A stretch of DNA of 24,748 bases from a virus (taxonomy: Duplodnaviria > Caudoviricetes), in the IMG/VR virus record IMGVR_UViG_3300020397_000103, positions 1 to 24,748 of that record, one strand, 5' to 3'. Below, piece after piece: positions 15,320-21,878 of this stretch. How positions within the stretch are numbered: the first letter of the stretch is position 1; the number at the start of each line of letters is the position of its first letter. A program made the translations under genes and the position numbers. The notes under the pieces are model-generated. The model saw only the letters and a list, made by a program, of their open reading frames with translations, made no database searches and was not told the origin of the DNA.

Positions 15320-15627
15320 AATTACTCTGAGTCTTTCTCAATATAATCCTTTATTATATAAATAATGTAATAATATCAGTATCTTAGCTCATTCTGTGGT
15401 AAAAAAGCGACAACATTTTTACAACATAGTGATATTTTTATTACATAGTGCATGTTCCACCGGGGGTTGCGTAGATATATGTACCCACAATGACAGAAAT
15501 GTGGAATTTTTAGGTGTTAACCACATAGTTTTTTACTACAAATATACCAAAAGTAGGTTAATGTAGTTTGTTAAGCACATTTTTACAGCATATATAAAGA
15601 AAAACTTAGATAGGCGGCAGATTTTTG

Positions 15628-15656
15628 TTGACAAATACAGTCATACATGATATAAT
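15628..15656 (+). promoter_or_regulatory. consensus sigma70 promoter of the late arm
   Basis: Perfect TTGACA-17 nt-TATAAT with extended -10 TG. Confidence 0.85.
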
Positions 15657-15659
15657 ACT

Positions 15660-15770
15660 ATATGTATTACTAATAGTACTACTAGAACTCCTACTACTTC
15701 TAGTATATATCTTAAAGATAAAAACTTTAAGTAATACTTTTAGTAGGGTTTTAGTTTTTTACTAGAGGTG
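15660..15770. repeat. array of short palindromes in the late-arm leader
   Basis: TAGTACTA, TACTAGAA...TTCTAGTA (15680-15705), TATCTT-a-AAGATA (15708-15720), AAGTA-a-TACTT (15729-15739). Confidence 0.7.
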
Positions 15771-15839
15771 GGGGAGGATTTATGATATTTATTGTCGTTT
15801 ATTCTTGACAAAACTTTTTTAAGGAGTATAACTACTGCC

Positions 15840-16094
15840 ATGTCAAAGCCTAAAATGTTTGTTAGTGAAAATGTTATTGAAGAATTTTATAATGCATTAG
15901 CTAATGAAGATGAAGCAACACTTAAAAGATGTCATATACCTAGATCAGATGTTTTTTATGTGCGACAGAAGATACTATCGGATACAGGTATTAAGTATAC
16001 ACTAGATCATGTTGAAAGAGCCATGTTTCTAGAGGGTATGCTTAGTGCTAAAGACGTATTTAAACCCCATTTAAAGAGGAAAGAGTATGGCTAA
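15840..16094 (+). CDS. hypothetical protein (first late gene)
   Basis: Likely start MSKPK at 15840 after AAGGAG; HIPRSDVFYVR..LDHVERAMFLEG. Confidence 0.75.
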   Translation: MSKPKMFVSENVIEEFYNALANEDEATLKRCHIPRSDVFYVRQKILSDTGIKYTLDHVERAMFLEGMLSAKDVFKPHLKRKEYG

Positions 16095-16362
16095 AAAGGT
16101 AAGCAAGAAAAAGATGCCTTGTAATAAGCCTAAACGAACACCTAAACATCCTAAAAAATCTCATATAGTAAAAGCTTGTGCTAATGGTAAAGAAAAAATA
16201 ATACGTTTTGGTCAACAAGGAGCTAAAACAGCAGGTAAACCTAAAGCAGGTGAATCCTCTAGAATGAAAAAGAAGAGAGCTTCATTTAAAGCAAGGCACT
16301 CAAAGAATATTAAAAAAGGAAAAATGTCAGCGGCCTATTGGGCAAATAAGGTGAAATGGTGA
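16087..16362 (+). CDS. small basic conserved phage protein
   Basis: KIIRFGQQG...RASFKARH...SAAYWANKVKW pattern typical of phage late-region basic proteins. Confidence 0.8.
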   Translation: MAKKVSKKKMPCNKPKRTPKHPKKSHIVKACANGKEKIIRFGQQGAKTAGKPKAGESSRMKKKRASFKARHSKNIKKGKMSAAYWANKVKW

Positions 16363-16526
16363 TGGCAGTAAACAAAGCAGGTAATTATACTAAACCCACA
16401 ATGAGAAAGAATCTGTTTAATAAAATTAAAGCAGGTGGTAAAGGTGGTAGACCGGGACAATGGTCTGCACGTAAAGCACAAATGTTAGCTAAACAATATA
16501 AGGCAAAGGGTGGTGGCTACAAATAA
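16362..16526 (+). CDS. DUF5872-like protein, N-terminal half (54 aa, not in ORF track)
   Basis: MAVNKAGNYTKPTMRKNLFNKIKAGGKGGRPGQWSARKAQMLAKQYKAKGGGYK*; TGATG and TAATG overlaps on both sides. Confidence 0.8.
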   Translation: MAVNKAGNYTKPTMRKNLFNKIKAGGKGGRPGQWSARKAQMLAKQYKAKGGGYK

Positions 16527-17194
16527 TGCCTCATCTTATTAGCAATATTCCTCACTTTAAAGTTTGGATAAGAAAAGAATATACATGTAACCATGAACAA
16601 TATCATGGAGAGTTTTTACATGGAATGGCTATTGCAGTAAATACAATACCTGATCGTTGTTTAAGTTTTCAAATTGTATTTACAGGATGCGAAAGTGATT
16701 TTGACGATACACCAAATATACATGGTGGTGCTATGTGGGCAAGAATGCCTATAACAGCATTAGTAGCTGATGAAAAATTAGAAGAGTGGCCTGAAGTTAT
16801 GGACACTCATTTAGCACAACCTTGGGATTGCTCTTCCCATAACCATTCTATTATAAAGATGGAGAGAGTTAGTTCAAGTCCTTGGCTATGTAAAATAGAT
16901 GGAGAGTTCTACAAAGGTAGATACTTATTTACTGTGGACTATACAGGAAATGAGATTGCAGATGATCCTGCCCAACATAAACAAAGTCATGTAATACAAC
17001 TGACAGATGCAGATAAGTGGACAGGAAACATTGTAGCATTACCCAATAATAGAGTTAGGGCAACAAGTCCTGCACTATGGGAAACAGGAGAGGGCGGTCC
17101 TGATTTTAAACCTAGCCAATACCTACACGCAGCAGAAATTCATAATAGCTATCTAGATCCTGCTGTTACTTTTAACAATCTTTATAAGGAGTAA
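16526..17194 (+). CDS. conserved hypothetical phage protein
   Basis: 222 aa; motif-rich (GGAMWARMPITAL, QPWDCSS, YLFTVDY, QHKQSH, ALPNNR); TAATG coupling. Confidence 0.85.
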   Translation: MPHLISNIPHFKVWIRKEYTCNHEQYHGEFLHGMAIAVNTIPDRCLSFQIVFTGCESDFDDTPNIHGGAMWARMPITALVADEKLEEWPEVMDTHLAQPWDCSSHNHSIIKMERVSSSPWLCKIDGEFYKGRYLFTVDYTGNEIADDPAQHKQSHVIQLTDADKWTGNIVALPNNRVRATSPALWETGEGGPDFKPSQYLHAAEIHNSYLDPAVTFNNLYKE

Positions 17195-17200
17195 TTTATT

Positions 17201-17386
17201 ATGATGGGGAAGAAAAAAGGTTATGCCAAAGGTGGTGCAATGAAAAAGAAAAAAGGATATGCTAAAGGTGGAGCTATGAAAAAACCTATGGCTAATCAAA
17301 AAGGTTTAAAAAAACTACCAACATCTGTACGCAATAAGATGGGTTATATGTCAAAAGGTGGCATGACTAAAGCTAAAAAGAAATAA
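17201..17386 (+). CDS. Lys-rich YAKGG-repeat protein
   Basis: KKKGYAKGGAMK twice plus GYMSKGG; AAGGAG RBS. Confidence 0.8.
   Translation: MMGKKKGYAKGGAMKKKKGYAKGGAMKKPMANQKGLKKLPTSVRNKMGYMSKGGMTKAKKK
17210..17281 (+). repeat. 36-bp tandem coding duplication
   Basis: Two copies encoding KKKGYAKGGAMK that differ only at synonymous positions. Confidence 0.8.
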
Positions 17387-17622
17387 TGTCATTAAAGAAA
17401 CCACAACAATCTCTGAAAGATTGGGGTAAGCAAAAGTGGAGAACCTCTTCTGGTAAACCCTCTAAAGGTAAGAGGAGGTATCTTCCTGATGCTGCTTGGA
17501 AATCTTTATCTGCGTCAGAAAAAGCAGCTACTAATAGAGCTAAAGCTAAAGGTAATAAGGCAGGTAAACAATTTGTTAAACAGCCTAAGAGTATTGCAAA
17601 GAAAACTGCGAGGTATAGATGA
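17386..17622 (+). CDS. DUF5872-like protein, C-terminal half
   Basis: QQSLKDWGKQKWRT...RYLPDAAWKSLS..EK..T...K......GKQFV. Confidence 0.75.
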   Translation: MSLKKPQQSLKDWGKQKWRTSSGKPSKGKRRYLPDAAWKSLSASEKAATNRAKAKGNKAGKQFVKQPKSIAKKTARYR

Positions 17623-17861
17623 TTACTCCAGAAAGATTAGATGCTTGGAGAATAGTTCCAAGATTATTAATACTAGCATACATGGTTGTATTTTATCAAA
17701 CGTGTAACTGGTTTATGGATTTACCAGATCCAAACAATGCACAAGCAGGATTTGTTTCTGTCGTAGTAGGAGCAGGTGCAGCATGGTTTGGACTTTATGT
17801 AAACAAAGGCAGATCTACTGTCAACGTACAAGCTAAATCGGAGGTACGAGATAATGTTTAA
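17619..17861 (+). CDS. two-TM membrane protein, putative holin
   Basis: WRIVPRLL, two hydrophobic helices, located in the lysis cluster. Confidence 0.7.
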   Translation: MITPERLDAWRIVPRLLILAYMVVFYQTCNWFMDLPDPNNAQAGFVSVVVGAGAAWFGLYVNKGRSTVNVQAKSEVRDNV

Positions 17862-17970
17862 AAAAGAATGGTTTCAAAAGAATTTTGGTCAAGGAACAGT
17901 CTTTGACCTAGACTATGGCAAGTTGCTTATAATAGGACTTTGCCTTTACATTGCTTTTATAAAGGAGTAA
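17854..17970 (+). CDS. 38-aa membrane peptide (not in ORF track)
   Basis: MFKKEWFQKNFGQGTVFDLDYGKLLIIGLCLYIAFIKE*; GGAGG upstream. Confidence 0.6.
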   Translation: MFKKEWFQKNFGQGTVFDLDYGKLLIIGLCLYIAFIKE

Positions 17971-17973
17971 AAA

Positions 17974-18213
17974 ATGGTTGATACAAAGCAAGACATAAAG
18001 ATCTCTGAAGAGATGAAACTAGAGAAAAAGATAGAAGATATGCAACAGCAGTTACATGAGCTTCGTTATGGTGATATGGAAAAAGCTTACAAAGAGTTTG
18101 AAGAAGCTAAAGAAGTAGCCATAAAAAAGTACAATGTATGGAAGCAAGCAGCATTAAAGCATGGACAAGCTCCAAAAAATATGTTAGTATACTTTAATTC
18201 ATGGACTCTATAA
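17974..18213 (+). CDS. hypothetical coiled-coil protein
   Basis: AAGGAG RBS; 79 aa, charged and helical. Confidence 0.75.
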   Translation: MVDTKQDIKISEEMKLEKKIEDMQQQLHELRYGDMEKAYKEFEEAKEVAIKKYNVWKQAALKHGQAPKNMLVYFNSWTL

Positions 18214-18293
18214 TGAAGAACTTTAGAATAATATGTTCAGCTTGTACAACTTATCAAGAGTGTTCTAAAGCAGGTAAGTGTTTAAAGCAGTGA
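18213..18293 (+). CDS. 26-aa four-cysteine peptide (not in ORF track)
   Basis: MKNFRIICSACTTYQECSKAGKCLKQ*; TAATG coupling. Confidence 0.55.
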   Translation: MKNFRIICSACTTYQECSKAGKCLKQ

Positions 18294-18373
18294 CAACATT
18301 ATTTATAATATTATGGTTTATTGCTTTAACTTATATAGTAAGTACATTAGTATGGTTATTACAAAATGATTAA
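18290..18373 (+). CDS. 27-aa hydrophobic peptide (not in ORF track)
   Basis: GTG start in a GTGA overlap; MTTLFIILWFIALTYIVSTLVWLLQND*. Confidence 0.45.
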   Translation: MTTLFIILWFIALTYIVSTLVWLLQND

Positions 18374-18737
18374 TGCAATTACAACAATGTTAAGTTCAGT
18401 CGGTGGTCTTGCTACTTCTTACATAGATGGCAAGACTGCTGTACAAAAGGCTGAAGCACAAATACGTATGAAAGAAGCAACAGGAGATATTGATTGGGAT
18501 CTTGCTGCTATACGTGCCACTCAAGGATCATGGAAAGATGAGTGGATTTTATTACTGTTTTCAATCCCACTAATACTAGCCTTTACTGGTGATTGGGGAA
18601 GAGAAACAGTAGCACAAGGATTTGCTGCTCTGGAAGCAATGCCACAATGGTATCAGCTATCATTAGGTGGAATTGTAAGTGCCAGTATAGGCATGAAAGG
18701 AATTAGTAAGTTTTATGGAAAGAAAAAACTTAGGTAG
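18366..18737 (+). CDS. holin (GTA 3-TM holin family-like)
   Basis: SWKDEWILLLFSIPLIL, GF.AL..MP.WY, IVSASIG.K, basic tail. Confidence 0.8.
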   Translation: MINAITTMLSSVGGLATSYIDGKTAVQKAEAQIRMKEATGDIDWDLAAIRATQGSWKDEWILLLFSIPLILAFTGDWGRETVAQGFAALEAMPQWYQLSLGGIVSASIGMKGISKFYGKKKLR

Positions 18738-18930
18738 TTACTTTTTATTTTTTATTACAATTATAGCAGCTAACATATTTGTAATGATGATAGTAGCAGC
18801 TTTAATAACCATGTTTGGATATGGAGAGTATATAACATGGCAGGGAAAAGAAAATGGTTTTGGTTTATACTTAATACTTTTTCCCTTTGTTCTATATTAT
18901 GGATATAAAAAAATACTACCTGCCTTATAG
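18715..18930 (+). CDS. two-TM membrane protein
   Basis: 71 aa with two hydrophobic segments, between holin and endolysin. Confidence 0.55.
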   Translation: MERKNLGSYFLFFITIIAANIFVMMIVAALITMFGYGEYITWQGKENGFGLYLILFPFVLYYGYKKILPAL

Positions 18931-19114
18931 AAGACGATACTTAGGAGACAGAATGTTTCCTATTACAAGAATAAGATACAGAAATGCCCACACTAGAAAA
19001 AGAGAGGAAAGAAATGAGTTTTACCTTGAGCAAAAAAAGCTTAGAGAAATTAAGCGGCGTAGACGAATCATTGCAGAGATGCGTAAAAAAAGCTATAGAA
19101 TTGACCAAGATTGA
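18899..19114 (+). CDS. Arg-rich hypothetical protein overlapping the endolysin
   Basis: ORF fills the 18930-19014 gap but overlaps the endolysin by about 100 nt. Confidence 0.35.
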   Translation: MDIKKYYLPYRRRYLGDRMFPITRIRYRNAHTRKREERNEFYLEQKKLREIKRRRRIIAEMRKKSYRIDQD

Positions 19115-19466
19115 CTTTGGTGTAATTTGTGGTATGAGAACACCAGAAGAACAACAAGCTCTTTTAGATAAAGGAGCTACACAGACTTTAAAATCAAAAC
19201 ATCTTGAGGGTCTGGCAGTGGACCTTATGGCTTATGTAGGAGGGAGGGCTTCATGGGAGTTGAATCTGTATGATGATATTGCAGATGCCATGAAAGAAGC
19301 TGCAAAGCTTGAGAACGTGGGCATTCGTTGGGGTGCAGCTTGGAGTGTAAATGATATACGTCAATGGGATGGTACAATGGAAGAAGCTATGAATGCTTAC
19401 ATTGATCTTAGACGTAGTGAGGGTAGAAGACCATTTATTGATGGTCCTCATTTCGAGTTAGTATAA
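19014..19466 (+). CDS. endolysin, M15 family L-Ala-D-Glu peptidase
   Basis: MSFTLSKKS...GMRT.EEQ, SKHLEGLAVDL (SxH..D), IRWG..W, DGPHFEL; GAGG RBS before ATG 19014. Confidence 0.92.
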   Translation: MSFTLSKKSLEKLSGVDESLQRCVKKAIELTKIDFGVICGMRTPEEQQALLDKGATQTLKSKHLEGLAVDLMAYVGGRASWELNLYDDIADAMKEAAKLENVGIRWGAAWSVNDIRQWDGTMEEAMNAYIDLRRSEGRRPFIDGPHFELV

Positions 19467-19678
19467 TGTGGATGTCTATAATGATACTGTGTGCTAACCT
19501 AAACGCACAGTCTTGTATGGTAATAACAGGTAATGAACTACATACAAGTAAAGAAAAATGTTTTGAAAGTGCTATTGAAAAAGCAAACAAAGCTATTACA
19601 TATCCTCAAGTATTTCAAGCAAAACCATTTTGTCAAATTATTCCGGGAACAGAACAACCAGATAAGGTAGATATATAA
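19466..19678 (+). CDS. small Cys-containing hypothetical protein
   Basis: TAATG coupling on both sides; four Cys, hydrophobic N-terminus. Confidence 0.7.
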   Translation: MWMSIMILCANLNAQSCMVITGNELHTSKEKCFESAIEKANKAITYPQVFQAKPFCQIIPGTEQPDKVDI

Positions 19679-20046
19679 TGGCTAAACAACTAACAGAAAA
19701 ACAACAAAAGTTTCTTGATGTTTTATTTGAAGAGGCAATGGGTAATCCTGTTATTGCTAAAAAATTAGCAGGATACAGTCACAACAACTCTACTTCTTCT
19801 ATTACAGCTTCTTTACAAGATGAGATAGCTGATTTGACTAAGAAGTTTATTGCTAGTACTGCTACTAAAGCAGCTTACTCTTTGTCTCAAATAATAGACC
19901 AACCTACAGATTTAGGTAATAAAGAAAAGATGATGGCAGCTAAAGATATATTAGACAGAGGTGGTTTTGTTAAAACTGATAAAGTTGAAGTATCTGCAGC
20001 AAGTCCTTTGTTTATATTACCACCTAAAGAAAATGAAAATAAATAG
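19678..20046 (+). CDS. terS: terminase small subunit
   Basis: LTEKQQKFL...A.K.AGYS HTH, AAKDILDRGG..K; upstream of TerL. Confidence 0.82.
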   Translation: MAKQLTEKQQKFLDVLFEEAMGNPVIAKKLAGYSHNNSTSSITASLQDEIADLTKKFIASTATKAAYSLSQIIDQPTDLGNKEKMMAAKDILDRGGFVKTDKVEVSAASPLFILPPKENENK

Positions 20047-20422
20047 AGATTGGAAACTTCCAAAGCCAGAAGAAACAGAAGATGGCTATGTTTGGAAACC
20101 TATAGTTAGGGTAGGAAGAACAATACCTTTTGGTTACAAACAAGATGAAGAAGATAAAGATATTCTTATTCCAATAGTAAAAGAGTTAGAATTACTAGAA
20201 AAAGCTAAAAAATTTATTAGACAGTATAGTTACAGAAAAGTTGCAGACTGGCTTTCAACAGAATCAGGTAGAAAAATATCTCATGTAGGATTAATGAAGA
20301 GAATACAAATTGAGCAAAAACGTAAGTCAGAAGCTTCAACTCAAAGCTACCTTGCCAAAAGGTACAAAGAGGCGATACAAAAAGCAAAGAAACTTGAAGA
20401 AAGAATCTCAGGAGCAACCTAA
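20033..20422 (+). CDS. HTH protein resembling the serine-recombinase 'Recombinase' DNA-binding domain
   Basis: IPFGY, SYRKVADWL..GRKIS..GL; no catalytic serine domain; start MKINRD at 20033. Confidence 0.7.
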   Translation: MKINRDWKLPKPEETEDGYVWKPIVRVGRTIPFGYKQDEEDKDILIPIVKELELLEKAKKFIRQYSYRKVADWLSTESGRKISHVGLMKRIQIEQKRKSEASTQSYLAKRYKEAIQKAKKLEERISGAT

Positions 20423-21869
20423 AGTTGTACCTGCTGAAGTTGTAAGAGAACCAATTGAAGTTGAACAGGCACAAAGTAAGATTATCTTTGAGCCTAATCC
20501 CGGACCTCAAACAGAGTTCTTATCAGCGAATGAACGAGAAGTTCTTTATGGAGGCAGTGCAGGTGGCGGCAAGAGCTACGCAATGCTTGCAGACCCAGTA
20601 CGTTACTTAAACAACCCACACTTTAGAGGACTGTTAGTTAGACGTACAACAGAAGAACTAAGAGAACTTATATCAGTATCAAAACAATTATACCCACAAG
20701 CAATACCTGATATTAAGTTTATGGAGAGAGACAAGACTTGGGTAGCTCCATCAGGAGCAACACTATGGCTCTCCTACTTAGATAGAGATGATGACGTAAC
20801 AAGATACCAAGGTCAAGCTTTTAGTTGGATTGGATTTGATGAGCTTACACAATGGCCTAGTCCATATCCGTTTGACTATATGAGATCACGTTTACGTACT
20901 ACAAGAGATAGTGGACTAGAAGTTTATCAAAGAGCTACTACAAACCCGGGAGGTCCCGGACATAGTTGGGTAAAAAGAATGTTTGTAGATCCTGCTCCTT
21001 ATGGTAAATCTTTTTGGGCAACAGATATAGAAACACAAAAACCTCTTACATGGCCTAAGGGTCATAGTTTAGAGGGAAAACCATTATTTAAAAGAAGATT
21101 TATACCTGCAACATTATTTGATAATCCCTATTTAGCAGAAGATGGAATGTATGAAGCTAACTTACTTTCACTACCAGAGAATCAACGTAAACAATTATTA
21201 GAGGGAAATTGGGATGTATCTGAGGGAGCAGCTTTTCCTGAGTGGAACAGAACCACTCATGTTATTGAGCCTTACAATATACCTAGTGGTTGGACTAAGT
21301 TTAGAGCCTGCGACTATGGCTACGGAAGTTATACAGGGGTTTTATGGTTTGCAGTCGCTCCTGATGAACAATTAGTTGTTTATAGAGAACTATATGTTTC
21401 TAAAGTATTAGCTAGTGATTTAGCTGATATGGTATTAGAAGCAGAAAAAGAAGATGGAACAATACGTTATGGTGTACTTGATAGTTCTTTGTGGCATAAA
21501 AGAGGAGATACAGGACCATCACTAGCAGAACAAATGATAATAAAAGGTTGTCGTTGGAGACCATCTGATAGAAGTAAAGGGAGTAGGGTTGCAGGAAAAA
21601 ACGAGATCCACAGAAGATTACAAATTGATGAATTTACCGAATCACCTCGTTTGGTGTTTTTTAATAACTGCACAAATATTATCTCTCAACTACCGATAAT
21701 ACCTCTTGATAAATCTAATTCAGAAGATGTAGATACAAAATCAGAGGATCACTTATATGATGCTTTACGATATGGTGTAATGACAAGACCGAGAAGTAAT
21801 TTGTTTGACTACAATCCTGATACACAAAGAACAGGATTTCAAGCATCAGATGCAACATTTGGATATTAA
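20310..21869 (+). CDS. terL: terminase large subunit
   Basis: PNPGPQ, Walker A GGSAGGGKS, Walker B IGFDE, TTNPGGPGH, DNPYL, nuclease DYGY and DHLYDALRY; start is non-AUG (TTG 20310 or 20394). Confidence 0.96.
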   Translation: MSKNVSQKLQLKATLPKGTKRRYKKQRNLKKESQEQPKVVPAEVVREPIEVEQAQSKIIFEPNPGPQTEFLSANEREVLYGGSAGGGKSYAMLADPVRYLNNPHFRGLLVRRTTEELRELISVSKQLYPQAIPDIKFMERDKTWVAPSGATLWLSYLDRDDDVTRYQGQAFSWIGFDELTQWPSPYPFDYMRSRLRTTRDSGLEVYQRATTNPGGPGHSWVKRMFVDPAPYGKSFWATDIETQKPLTWPKGHSLEGKPLFKRRFIPATLFDNPYLAEDGMYEANLLSLPENQRKQLLEGNWDVSEGAAFPEWNRTTHVIEPYNIPSGWTKFRACDYGYGSYTGVLWFAVAPDEQLVVYRELYVSKVLASDLADMVLEAEKEDGTIRYGVLDSSLWHKRGDTGPSLAEQMIIKGCRWRPSDRSKGSRVAGKNEIHRRLQIDEFTESPRLVFFNNCTNIISQLPIIPLDKSNSEDVDTKSEDHLYDALRYGVMTRPRSNLFDYNPDTQRTGFQASDATFGY

Positions 21870-21878
21870 GGATAAGAT

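Noticed and set aside
20033-20422. Functional serine integrase
   Set aside because: Only the DNA-binding portion is present; there is no catalytic YxRxS domain.
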